Assembly (NCBI RefSeq): GCF_003014485.1
Contig: NZ_PYGA01000023.1
Span: forward strand, 46,160 to 110,159
Direction: 5' to 3'
Length of the DNA stretch: 64,000 nt
Origin: Murinocardiopsis flavida
GTDB taxonomy: Bacteria; Actinomycetota; Actinomycetes; Streptosporangiales; Streptosporangiaceae
Under the pieces are notes generated by a model, which was not told where the DNA came from, did not search any database, and saw only the letters and a list, made by a program, of their open reading frames with translations. The position numbers were made by a program, and so were the translations under genes. Shown in pieces: positions 9,164 through 18,710 of the stretch; within the stretch, counting starts at the first letter, position 1; each line of letters begins with the position of its first letter.

Positions 9164-10510
9164 ATGTCGTACCCGGCGCCTAGAGTCTCCTTTGTGAGCG
9201 AACGATGGAGCACCGACGACGTCCTTGCCCTCGCCCCCGATTCCGCCTCGGGCAAGGCGGCCGCGAAGGTCGCCAAACCGGCCCTGTGGCCCGTCAGCGG
9301 TTCACGTGCCGAACCCGGTCGCACGGACCCCGTGGTGTTCGGCGAATGCTCCGGCAGCGGCAGCGCCGTGTACCAGGTCTCGGTCGACCTCGCGGCCGCC
9401 GGGTCCCCCGGCCACCGCTGCACCTGCCCCAGCCGCAAGTTCCCGTGCAAGCACGTCCTCGGCCTGCTGCTGCTCTGGGCCCGCGGGCAGGACTCCGGGC
9501 CGTCCGACGGCCCCGAGTGGGTCGCCGAATGGCTCGCCCGGCGGCAGGCCACCGCCGAACGGGCCGGACGCGGTGCGGCGAAGTCCGCCGCACCGGCCGA
9601 CCCCGCCGCGGCGGCGCGGCGCGCACAGCGCCGCGAACGGCTCGTCGCCGACGGCCTCGCCGAGCTCGAACTGTGGTTGGCCGACCAGGCGGCCGCGGGC
9701 CTCGCGGGCCTGCCCCGCCTCGGGTACGCCCACTGGGACACCATGGCGAAACGGCTGGTCGACTGCCAGGCCGGCCGGGTCGCCGCACGGGTCAGGGAGC
9801 TGGGCGGCGCCACCGCCGAGCCCGGCTGGCCCCACCGGGTCCTCGCCGAGTTCGGCCTGCTGCGGCTGCTGTGCGAAGGCCACCGGCGCGAGTCCCTCCC
9901 CCCGCGGCTGCGCGCCGCGGTCCGGGCGCGCATCGGGTTCGCCGGCACGCCCGAACCCGCCCCGGCGCCCCGCGAGGTGTGGACGGTCCTCGGCCGCCAC
10001 GACTTCACCGCCGAGGAGCTCCGCGGCCGCCGCTTCTGGCTGCGCGGCCGCGACTCCGGCCGCACCGCGCACCTGCTCTCCTTCGCGCCGCAGGGCGGCA
10101 CCCCCGAGTCCCCCGTGCGGGTGGGCACCGAGGTCGACGCCGAACTGCTGTTCCACACCGACGACCACCGGGCGTCCGTCGCCGCGCGGCACGCCGAGCA
10201 CCCCGCGGTGCCGCCCGCGGGCGGCACCGTCGCCGACGCCCTGCGGTCGTACGCGGCGGCACTGGCCGACGACCCGTGGCTGGAGGCGTGGCCGGTCGTG
10301 CTCGACCGGGCGGCCCTCGCCCGCGACGGCGGCTGGTGGGCGGCCGACCCGTCCGGCGACGCCCTCCCGCTGCTGCCCGACTCCGTTCCGCCGTGGCGCC
10401 TCGCCGCCGTCACCGGCGGGGCACAGTCCACCCTCGCCGCCGAGCTCACCCCCGACGGCCTTCGCCCTCTGACCGTGTGGGACTCCGAGGGCCGCGCGGC
10501 GACCCTGTGA
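9164..10510 (+). CDS. SWIM zinc finger family protein
   Basis: 448 aa. The SWIM CxCx(n)CxH motif is HRCTCPSRKFPCKHVLGLLLLW. Alternative in-frame start GTG 9194. Confidence 0.75.
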   Translation: MSYPAPRVSFVSERWSTDDVLALAPDSASGKAAAKVAKPALWPVSGSRAEPGRTDPVVFGECSGSGSAVYQVSVDLAAAGSPGHRCTCPSRKFPCKHVLGLLLLWARGQDSGPSDGPEWVAEWLARRQATAERAGRGAAKSAAPADPAAAARRAQRRERLVADGLAELELWLADQAAAGLAGLPRLGYAHWDTMAKRLVDCQAGRVAARVRELGGATAEPGWPHRVLAEFGLLRLLCEGHRRESLPPRLRAAVRARIGFAGTPEPAPAPREVWTVLGRHDFTAEELRGRRFWLRGRDSGRTAHLLSFAPQGGTPESPVRVGTEVDAELLFHTDDHRASVAARHAEHPAVPPAGGTVADALRSYAAALADDPWLEAWPVVLDRAALARDGGWWAADPSGDALPLLPDSVPPWRLAAVTGGAQSTLAAELTPDGLRPLTVWDSEGRAATL

Positions 10511-10864
10511 ACCCGCCGCGCCCGCCCGTCCCCGTTCCCCCGGGTCCGCCGCCGGGCCCGACCACCGATCTCCCTGGAGGGGCAATGCCCAGCGCCGTCC
10601 GCCCGCAGCAGCACGACCCGGCCGCGGCCCATGAACCCGGCACGCACCGCGCCGCCGACCCCGCGCACCGCCTCCGGTGCCGCCTCTGCCTGATCCCGGG
10701 CCGCCCCCGCCGCACCGCTCCGGTTCCCGCCGCGCAACCCGGTCGGCCCGCCACCCGCTGACCCCGGCCCCCGGCCTGCCCGCACACGCAGCGGCCCGTG
10801 CGGCGGCCGCACGCCTCCCGTCCCCGGATCACCAGCCCCGATCCAGCGAAGGGCCTCCTTCCCC

Positions 10865-12385
10865 ATGAACCAGACCACCCCCGCTTCCGCATGGGCGGAC
10901 CTCGTGTCCACGGCGCTCGTCGGCACCGCACGGCGGGCCGTACCCGAGCCCGCCGGGCTGCCCTCTGTACCGGGCGCCGATCCCGCCCGCACCCTGCTCG
11001 ACCGCGCGGCGCAGGCGACCCTTCAGCGCCGGGCCGGCCTCGTCCCCCGCCGTGTCGCCCCGATCGACCCGGCGCCCGGCGAGTCGGCGCCCGTCGTGGG
11101 TGCCGCCGCGGCCCGGCGGCTGGCCACCATGCTCGGCGGCACCGGCGTCGATCTGCTGCCCGAGTGGCTGGCGCTGGCCGCCGACACCGGTCACCGGGTG
11201 CCGCCCGAGTCCCTGCCCGACCTGCTGGCGCGCGCCGAGCGCCACGCCGAACTCCGCGCGCCGCTGGCGCGGGTCGCCGGGGTCCGCGGCGCGTGGCTGG
11301 CCCGGCTGAACCCGGACTGGGCGTTCCTCCGCACCGGCTCCGCACCCTTCGACGCGGCGCGATGGGACCACGGCACCGCCGCGCAGCGCCGCGCGCACCT
11401 GGCGGTGCTGCGCGCACACGACCCCGCCGCCGCACGCGAACTCCTCGACGCGGCGTGGCCCACGGAGCGCGCCGGACAGCGCCGCCGACTGCTGGAGGTC
11501 ATGACCGACGGCCTGTCCGCCGACGACGAACCGCTCCTCGCCCGCGCCGCGGGCGACCGCAGCGCGAACGTCCGCGCCGAGGCGCTCGGCCTGCTCGCCC
11601 GGCTCCCCGGTTCGCGGCACGGCGCCGCGGTGGCCGAGCAGGCGCGGCTGCTGGTCCGGCCCGGCGACGGCGCCCCGTTGGACGTCGGGCGGCCCGAACC
11701 GGCGCCCGAAACCGCGCCCCTTCTCGACATCACGGCGGGCGGCGACTCCTCCGGCTCCCCTGTGTCCGCGGACCGGCGGCGGCGCGACCTGTACTGGGCG
11801 GTCGTCGTGCAGACCCCGCTGCCGGTCTGGCCCGGCCACCTGGGGCTCGACCCCGGGGCCATCGGCGAAGCCGCGCGCACCGCCGGAATGGGGGACCTGC
11901 TCGACGCCCTGGCCGTCGCGGCGGTCCTCCAGCGCGACCCCGTCTGGGCCCGCGCCCTCATCGGCCCGGTCGCCCGGCGGCACGGTTTCGACGAGGACAA
12001 CGGCATCGACCCCCGCGCCCTGCTCCGCAACGGCCGGGGCGGCAGCACCGACCTCGCCGCGGCGCTGCTGAACGTGCTCCCCGAGGGGGAGCGGTGCGCG
12101 GCGGTGCAACGGTGGGCCCTCGCCGCCGGTGCCGTGCCGCCGGGATGGCTGCTCCGCCGCCCGTGGACCGACGAGTTCAGCGTGTTCGTCGTCGACGCTC
12201 TCCGCGGCGCCCGCCCCCGCAACGGGACCACCGCCTGGTACACCGCCACCCTGCTCTGCGACGCCGCCGCCCGGTTCATGCCCCCCGAGTTCCACGATCG
12301 GCTGCCGTGCGACGAGGGCGAGCACTTCGCCGTCCTCGCCGACCGCCTCCGCCTCCGTTCCACCATGCACAAGGAGCTGCTGTGA
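10865..12385 (+). CDS. DUF5691 domain protein (uncharacterised, actinobacterial)
   Basis: 506 aa Ala/Leu/Arg-rich helical-repeat protein. Its stop overlaps the start of the AAA gene (GTGA). The family call comes from remembered architecture rather than a search. Confidence 0.6.
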   Translation: MNQTTPASAWADLVSTALVGTARRAVPEPAGLPSVPGADPARTLLDRAAQATLQRRAGLVPRRVAPIDPAPGESAPVVGAAAARRLATMLGGTGVDLLPEWLALAADTGHRVPPESLPDLLARAERHAELRAPLARVAGVRGAWLARLNPDWAFLRTGSAPFDAARWDHGTAAQRRAHLAVLRAHDPAAARELLDAAWPTERAGQRRRLLEVMTDGLSADDEPLLARAAGDRSANVRAEALGLLARLPGSRHGAAVAEQARLLVRPGDGAPLDVGRPEPAPETAPLLDITAGGDSSGSPVSADRRRRDLYWAVVVQTPLPVWPGHLGLDPGAIGEAARTAGMGDLLDALAVAAVLQRDPVWARALIGPVARRHGFDEDNGIDPRALLRNGRGGSTDLAAALLNVLPEGERCAAVQRWALAAGAVPPGWLLRRPWTDEFSVFVVDALRGARPRNGTTAWYTATLLCDAAARFMPPEFHDRLPCDEGEHFAVLADRLRLRSTMHKELL

Positions 12386-13497
12386 CCGCCACCGCCCCCG
12401 CACCCACTCCGGCCGCCGAGGCCCTGCGCCCGCACGCGGAGCAGAGCCACGCCGCCGAACTCGCTGCGCTCGCCGCCGCCGACGACCGCCCGCGCCCGCC
12501 CGGCTGGAAGCTGTCGCCGTGGGCGGTGACCGAGTACATCCAGGGCACCACCCTGCCCGACGGCACGGAGATCACCCCGAAGTACATCGGGGCCCGGTCG
12601 GTCGTGGAGGTCGCCGTGGCCACGCTCGCCACCGACCGCGCGCTGCTGCTGCTCGGCGTCCCCGGTACCGCGAAGACCTGGCTGTCGGAGCACCTGGCCG
12701 CCGCCATCTCCGGCGACTCCACGCTGCTCGTGCAGGGCACGGCCGGCACGGCGGAGGAGGCCATCCGGTACGGCTGGAACTACGCCCGGCTGCTCGCCGA
12801 GGGCCCGTCGGAGGCGGCGATGGTGCCGAGCCCGGTCATGACCGCCATGGCCGACGGCCGCCTGGCCCGCGTCGAGGAGCTCACCCGGATCCCCTCCGAC
12901 GTCCAGGACGCCCTCATCACGGTGCTGTCGGAGAAGACCCTGCCGGTGCCCGAACTCGCCATGGAGGTGCAGGCGCAGCGCGGGTTCAACATCATCGCCA
13001 CGGCGAACGACCGCGACCGCGGCGTCAACGACCTGTCCAGCGCGCTGCGCCGCCGCTTCAACACCGTGGTGCTCCCGGTCCCGCAGACCGCCGATGACGA
13101 GGTCGACATCGTCACCCGCAGGGTCGCCCAACTCGGCAGCTCCCTCGAACTACCCGAGGTGCCGACCGGCCTCGCCGAGATCCGCCGCATCGTCACCGTG
13201 TTCCGGGAGCTGCGCAGCGGCACCACCGAGGACGGCCGGACCAAGGTGAAGTCGCCGAGCGGGACCCTGAGCACCGCCGAGGCGATCTCGGTGGTGACCA
13301 ACGGCATCGCGCTCGCAGCCTACTTCGGCGACGGCACGCTGCGGCCGTTCGACGTCGCCGCCGGCATCCGCGGCGCCGTCGTGCAGGACCCCGTGTCCGA
13401 CGAGGTCGTCTGGCGCGAGTACCTGGAGACCGTCGTGCGCGAGCGCGACGGCTGGGACGACCTCTACCGCGCCTGCCGCGAAACGGAGCGCCGATGA
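12382..13497 (+). CDS. AAA+ ATPase, MoxR/AAA_5 class
   Basis: GTG start with an AAGGAG SD. Walker A LLLGVPGTAKT, Walker B/sensor LARVEELTRIPSD and the MoxR-like core IIATANDRDRG...LRRRF are present. Confidence 0.85.
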   Translation: MTATAPAPTPAAEALRPHAEQSHAAELAALAAADDRPRPPGWKLSPWAVTEYIQGTTLPDGTEITPKYIGARSVVEVAVATLATDRALLLLGVPGTAKTWLSEHLAAAISGDSTLLVQGTAGTAEEAIRYGWNYARLLAEGPSEAAMVPSPVMTAMADGRLARVEELTRIPSDVQDALITVLSEKTLPVPELAMEVQAQRGFNIIATANDRDRGVNDLSSALRRRFNTVVLPVPQTADDEVDIVTRRVAQLGSSLELPEVPTGLAEIRRIVTVFRELRSGTTEDGRTKVKSPSGTLSTAEAISVVTNGIALAAYFGDGTLRPFDVAAGIRGAVVQDPVSDEVVWREYLETVVRERDGWDDLYRACRETERR

Positions 13498-15746
13498 CCC
13501 TGGTCGACCCCGAACGCGTCCACGTCCTGGGGATACGGCACCACGGCCCCGGCTCGGCACGGGCGGTGCGCGCCGCTCTCGACACCATCCGGCCCGAAAC
13601 CGTGCTCATCGAGGGCCCGCCCGAAGCCGACGCGCTCACCGGCCTCGCCCCCGACCTCGAACCCCCGGTCGCGCTGCTCGCCTACCGGGCCGACTCCCCG
13701 GCGCAGGCGGCGTTCTGGCCGTTCGCGGCGTTCTCCCCCGAGTGGCAGGCGCTGCGCTGGGCCGCCGACAACGGTGCCGAGGCCGACTTCTGCGACCTCC
13801 CCGCGGCGCACACCCTCGCCGAGGAGGAACCGGCTGACAGCGGCCCCACCACCGGCCCCGAGGACGAGGACGACCCCGAGCGGCGCACGCGCGTCGACCC
13901 GCTCGGCGTGCTCGCCGAGGCCGCCGGGTTCGACGACCCCGAGCGGTGGTGGGAGGACGTCGTGGAGCAGCGCGACGGCGCGGGCCCGTCGCCCTTCCCC
14001 GCCATCCTCGACGCCATGAGCGCGGTGCGCGGCGAACTGGCGCCCGAACCCTGGGACGACCGCGAGGCCAGGCGCGAGGCGCACATGCGCCAGACCCTGC
14101 GCCGCGCCATGCGCGCCGGGAGCGGCCGCATCGCCGTGGTGTGCGGCGCGTGGCACGCGCCCGCGCTGCGCGACCTCCCACCGGCCGGGCACGACACCGC
14201 CCTGCTCAAGGGCCTGCCCAAGGTCAAGACCGCCACCACGTGGATCCCGTGGAGCCACGGGCGGCTCGCCGCGGGCAGCGGGTACCGGGCGGGGGTGCGC
14301 TCGCCCGGCTGGTACCACCACCTGTTCACGGCGCCCGACCGGCCGGTCGAGCGCTGGCTCACCGAGGCGGCGCGCCGCTTGCGCGGCGAGGACCAGCCGG
14401 TTTCGTCGGCGCACGTCATCGAGGCGGTGCGGCTCACAACGAGCCTCGCCGTGCTGCGCGGCCGCCCGCTGGCGGGGCTCGCCGAGGTGGCCGAGGCGAC
14501 CACCGCCGTCCTGTGCGAGGGCTCGGAGTCGCGCGCCGCCCTGGTCCACCGGTCCATGGCCATCGGTGAACGCCTGGGGGCGGTGCCCGAGAGCACGCCC
14601 ATGGTCCCGTTGCAGCGCGACCTCACCGCGCAGCAGCGCTCCCTGCGGCTCAAACCCGAGGCGCTGCGCCGCGACCTCGTCCTCGACCTGCGCAAGGACC
14701 TCGACCGCCGGCGCAGCGTCCTGCTGCACCGGCTCGCGCTGCTCGGCGTCGACTGGGGGACGCCGGAAAGCGAGGACAACCGTTCGCGCGGCACCTTCCG
14801 CGAGACGTGGTCGCTGTGCTGGGAGCCCGGCCTCGACATCACCCTCATCGAGGCGAGCGCGTGGGGCACGACGGTCGACGGCGCCGCGACCGCCCGCGCC
14901 GCCGACCGCGCGGCGCACGCCCCTCTGCCCGGCCTGACCGCCCTCACCGAGCAGTGCCTGCTCGCTGAGCTCCACGACGCCGTCCCGGCGGTGCTCGACC
15001 GCGTCGCGGCGCGCGCCGCCGAAGGCGCCGACATCGCGCACCTCATGGCGGCGCTGCCGCCGCTCGCCCGCTCCTCCCGTTACGGCAGCGTGCGGCGGCT
15101 GGACTCCGACGCGCTGCGGCGGGTGGCGGTGGAGCTGCTGCGCAGGGTCTGCGCGGGGCTCGCGCCCGCGGTCGGCGCACTGGGCGACGACGCCGCGGCC
15201 GCCATGGTCGCCGCGGTCGACGGGGTGCACACCGCTGCCGTGCAGCTGGGCGGCGCGGCCGAGGCCGAATGGCTCGACACACTCGAACGGCTCGCCGAGC
15301 GCGGCTCCGTCCCCGGGAAACTGGCGGGCCGCGTCCACCGGCTGCTGCGCGACACCGGCCGCCTCTCGGCGCCGACCCTGGCGCTGCGCCTGAGCCGCGC
15401 GACGTCGGCGGCCGTGCCGCCCGGCCGGTCCGCGGCGTGGATCGAGGGGTTCCTGTCGGGCAGCGGCCTGCTGCTGGTCCACGACACCGACCTCCTCACC
15501 CTGATCGACCGCTGGCTGTCCGGGCTGGCCCCGCAGGCGTTCACCGACGTCCTTCCGCTGCTGCGCCGCTCCTTCGGCGCCTTCCCGCAGCCCGAGCGCC
15601 GCGCCATCGGCGAGCAGGCGGCCCGCCTCGGCGACGGTGCGGCGCCGGAGCGGCCCGCCGAGCCCATCGACGCCGAGCGCGCGGCACCGGCCCTCGCCGC
15701 GGCCGCCGCCCTGCTCGGAGTGGGCGGACCGGCGGCACCGGGGTGA
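13494..15746 (+). CDS. DUF5682 family protein (uncharacterised)
   Basis: 750 aa. Its ATG overlaps the stop of the AAA gene (ATGA). The frame stays open with coherent codon usage. The family call comes from remembered synteny. Confidence 0.6.
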   Translation: MTLVDPERVHVLGIRHHGPGSARAVRAALDTIRPETVLIEGPPEADALTGLAPDLEPPVALLAYRADSPAQAAFWPFAAFSPEWQALRWAADNGAEADFCDLPAAHTLAEEEPADSGPTTGPEDEDDPERRTRVDPLGVLAEAAGFDDPERWWEDVVEQRDGAGPSPFPAILDAMSAVRGELAPEPWDDREARREAHMRQTLRRAMRAGSGRIAVVCGAWHAPALRDLPPAGHDTALLKGLPKVKTATTWIPWSHGRLAAGSGYRAGVRSPGWYHHLFTAPDRPVERWLTEAARRLRGEDQPVSSAHVIEAVRLTTSLAVLRGRPLAGLAEVAEATTAVLCEGSESRAALVHRSMAIGERLGAVPESTPMVPLQRDLTAQQRSLRLKPEALRRDLVLDLRKDLDRRRSVLLHRLALLGVDWGTPESEDNRSRGTFRETWSLCWEPGLDITLIEASAWGTTVDGAATARAADRAAHAPLPGLTALTEQCLLAELHDAVPAVLDRVAARAAEGADIAHLMAALPPLARSSRYGSVRRLDSDALRRVAVELLRRVCAGLAPAVGALGDDAAAAMVAAVDGVHTAAVQLGGAAEAEWLDTLERLAERGSVPGKLAGRVHRLLRDTGRLSAPTLALRLSRATSAAVPPGRSAAWIEGFLSGSGLLLVHDTDLLTLIDRWLSGLAPQAFTDVLPLLRRSFGAFPQPERRAIGEQAARLGDGAAPERPAEPIDAERAAPALAAAAALLGVGGPAAPG

Positions 15747-15831
15747 CCCGGCGCCCGGCCGGCCCGCGGCGCCCCGCCGCACCGGCCCCCTTCAGACGTC
15801 ACCCGGCACCGCGCAGCAGGAGGAGCACACG

Positions 15832-17049
15832 ATGACGACGGCGACGCACGACATCCCCGCAGCGGCGGCCCCCGAGGAGCGGCTGCGCCGGTGGCGGCTG
15901 GTCCTCGGCGCCGCCGCCGAGGCGGACTGCGCGGGCCTGGCCGGTGCCGACGCCGGCATGGACGCCGCCCTCGCCGCCCTCTACGACAACGGCGGGGGCG
16001 GGGGCGCCGACGACACCGGCGGGCCGCGCAGCGCCGGGCTGGGCGCGTCGGCGCCCAGGGTCGCCCGCTGGCTCGGCGACATCCGCACGTACTTCCCGTC
16101 GAGCGTGGTGCGGGTGATGCAGGCCGACGCGGTCGAGCGCCTCGGCCTGGACCGGCTGCTCCTCGAACCGGAGATGCTCGACGCCGTCGAACCCGACGTC
16201 CACCTCGTCGGCACCCTGCTGTCGCTGAACCAGGTCATGCCGCAGCGGGCCCGCGAGTCGGCGCGGGCCGTCGTCCGCGCGGTGGTCCGGGACCTGGAGC
16301 GGCGCCTCGCCCAGCGCACCCGCTCGGTGGTGCGCGGCGCGCTCGACCGGTCGGCGCGCACCCACCGCCCGCGCCGGGCCGCCGACATCGACTGGAACGG
16401 CACCATCCGCCGCAACCTCCAGCACTACCTGCCCGAGCACGGCACGATCGTGCCGCAGAACCTGGTCGGGTACGGGCGGCGCACGCACGGTGTGCAGCGG
16501 CACGTCACGCTCGCCATCGACCAGAGCGGGTCCATGGCCGAGTCGGTGGTGTACGCGAGCGTGTTCGGCGCCGTCCTCGGCTCGATGCGCACCCTGCGGA
16601 CGTCGCTCGTCGTCTTCGACACCGCAGTCGTCGACCTCACCGAGGAGCTGAGCGACCCGGTGGAGGTGCTGTTCGGCACCCAACTGGGCGGCGGGACCGA
16701 CATCAACCGCGCCATCGCCTACTGCCAGGGCCTCATCACCCGCCCGGCCGACTCCGTGTTCGTCCTGATCAGCGACTTGTACGAGGGCGGGATCCGCGAC
16801 GAGATGCTGCAACGGGTCGCGGCCATGACAGCGGCCGGCGTGCAGGTGGTGGTGCTCCTGGCGCTGTCGGACGAGGGGGCGCCGTCCTACGACCGCGACA
16901 ATGCAGCGGCGCTGGCCGCGATGGGCGTCCCGGCGTTCGCGTGCACGCCCGACGCGTTCCCCGAGCTGATGGCCGCGGCGATCCAGGGCCATTCGATGAC
17001 CGCGTGGGCCGAGCGGCGGCAGGACCACGGCGCCGACGGCGACCGGTAG
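15832..17049 (+). CDS. VWA (von Willebrand factor A) domain protein
   Basis: AGGAGG SD. The VWA MIDAS-like motif is LAIDQSGSM...GGGTDINRAI. It is the last gene of the SWIM-MoxR cluster. Confidence 0.8.
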   Translation: MTTATHDIPAAAAPEERLRRWRLVLGAAAEADCAGLAGADAGMDAALAALYDNGGGGGADDTGGPRSAGLGASAPRVARWLGDIRTYFPSSVVRVMQADAVERLGLDRLLLEPEMLDAVEPDVHLVGTLLSLNQVMPQRARESARAVVRAVVRDLERRLAQRTRSVVRGALDRSARTHRPRRAADIDWNGTIRRNLQHYLPEHGTIVPQNLVGYGRRTHGVQRHVTLAIDQSGSMAESVVYASVFGAVLGSMRTLRTSLVVFDTAVVDLTEELSDPVEVLFGTQLGGGTDINRAIAYCQGLITRPADSVFVLISDLYEGGIRDEMLQRVAAMTAAGVQVVVLLALSDEGAPSYDRDNAAALAAMGVPAFACTPDAFPELMAAAIQGHSMTAWAERRQDHGADGDR

Positions 17050-17142
17050 CGCCACCGTCGGGGACCCCCCGTGCGGCACCGCTACCCTGGCCCTTCAGGA
17101 CGCCCGCCCCGACCGCGCGGCACAACACCAGGAGACGCCTCG

Positions 17143-17763
17143 ATGAACCGCTTCACCACGACCGTGCTGTCAGGACTGCTCGGCGCCGCCCTGCTCACGG
17201 CGACATCGTGCGGTGGCGGGGCGTCCGACGACGCGGCGGCGGAGTCCGAAGGCGTCACCGGGGCCACCCTGAAGACCAGCGAGGGCGACATCAAGGTCAC
17301 CCTGTTCCCGGACACGGCGCCCGAGACCGTTGCGAACTTCGCAGGGCTGGCAGAGGGTGGCAAGGCCGAGAACCCGAAGACCGGGGCGAAGCGGTTCTAC
17401 GACGACACCCTGTTCCACCGCGTCATCCCCGGCTTCATGGTGCAGGGCGGCGACCCGCTCGGCAACGGGACGGGCGGCCCCGGCTACACCTTCGAGGACG
17501 AGATCGACCCCGACCTCTCCTTCGACGAGCCCGGCAAGCTGGCCATGGCCAACTCCGGCAAGCACACCAACGGCTCGCAGTTCTTCGTGACCACCGCCCC
17601 GGCGCCGCACATCGACGGGAAGCACACCATCTTCGGCGAGGTCGCCGACAAGAAGAGCCAGCAGGTCGCCGACGCCATCTCCAAGGTCGAGACCGGCCCG
17701 GACGACCGCCCGGCCGAGGACGTCGTCCTGGAGTCGATCACCATCAACCGAGCGGACGGCTGA
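17143..17763 (+). CDS. cyclophilin-type peptidyl-prolyl cis-trans isomerase, secreted lipoprotein
   Basis: AGGAGA SD. Lipobox LTATSC. Cyclophilin motifs FHRVIPGFMVQGGDP and GSQFFVT are present. Confidence 0.85.
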   Translation: MNRFTTTVLSGLLGAALLTATSCGGGASDDAAAESEGVTGATLKTSEGDIKVTLFPDTAPETVANFAGLAEGGKAENPKTGAKRFYDDTLFHRVIPGFMVQGGDPLGNGTGGPGYTFEDEIDPDLSFDEPGKLAMANSGKHTNGSQFFVTTAPAPHIDGKHTIFGEVADKKSQQVADAISKVETGPDDRPAEDVVLESITINRADG

Positions 17764-17799
17764 CGCCGCGCACTCCGCGCACCGCCGAGGAGGCCGAGA

Positions 17800-18585
17800 A
17801 TGGGTTCGGACAACGGAACGGTCGCCGTCGTCACGGGCGGTGCGCGGGGGATCGGGCGCGGCATCGCCCTCGTCCTCGGTGCGACCGGGGCGACGGTCTA
17901 CGTCACCGACCGCGAGAGCAGGGCGCACACGGTGCAGGACCTGCCCGGGACCGTTGAGGACACCGCCGAACAGGTCACGGACCGGGGCGGGCGCGGGATC
18001 GCCGTCCCGCTCGACCACACGGACGACCGCGCCGTCGCCGCGCTGTTCGCCCGGGTGCGCGCGGAGCACGGCGGCCTGGACCTCCTCGTCGCGAACGCCA
18101 CCGCGGGGAACGCGCTGCCGTTCCACTCCGGCGCGTTCTGGACCCTGCCGCTCGCGCACTGGCACAACATGATCGACTGCGGTGTGCGCGGCCACCTGGT
18201 CGCGGCGCACTGCGCGGCGCCGCTGCTCATCGAGCACGGGCGCGGGCTCCTGGTCCTCACCGGGTACGACGACCCCGGGGCCGAGGTGATCGGCGGGCAC
18301 GTCTTCTACGACCTGGCGATGACCGCCACCAGCCGGCTCGCGCGCACGCTCGCCCACGACCTGCGGCCGCACGGGGTCACGGCGCTCGCCGTCTCCCCCG
18401 GGATCACCCGCACGGAGGCGATCGCGGCGGCGGTCCCGGACATGCCGCCGGGCACCGACTCCGTGGAGTTCGCCGGCCGCGCCGTCAGGGCGCTGCTGGC
18501 CGACCCGGACGTCGCCCGCCACGCGGGCCGCACGATCGCGGTGGCCGACCTCGCCGCCGAGTACGGGTTCACCGACATCGAGTGA
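17800..18585 (+). CDS. SDR family oxidoreductase
   Basis: GAGGAGG SD. Contains VAVVTGGARGIGRGIA and the S...YxxxK region. Confidence 0.85.
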   Translation: MGSDNGTVAVVTGGARGIGRGIALVLGATGATVYVTDRESRAHTVQDLPGTVEDTAEQVTDRGGRGIAVPLDHTDDRAVAALFARVRAEHGGLDLLVANATAGNALPFHSGAFWTLPLAHWHNMIDCGVRGHLVAAHCAAPLLIEHGRGLLVLTGYDDPGAEVIGGHVFYDLAMTATSRLARTLAHDLRPHGVTALAVSPGITRTEAIAAAVPDMPPGTDSVEFAGRAVRALLADPDVARHAGRTIAVADLAAEYGFTDIE

Positions 18586-18710
18586 CCGCCGTGCCCCGTC
18601 GGCGCCACGGGAGGGACCCGCCGCGGCGCCAGAGGTCCGGGGCCCCGGGGGCGGCCCCGCGGTACGGCGGCGGGCCCGGCGCGCTGGGGGAACGGCGGGT
18701 CGCAGGCGCC

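Noticed and set aside
10575-10761. 61-aa Pro/Arg-rich ORF with GGAGGGG SD in the SWIM-DUF5691 gap
   Set aside because: Its composition is typical of non-coding GC-rich DNA and it has no hydrophobic core. It is more likely promoter or UTR sequence for the DUF5691 operon.
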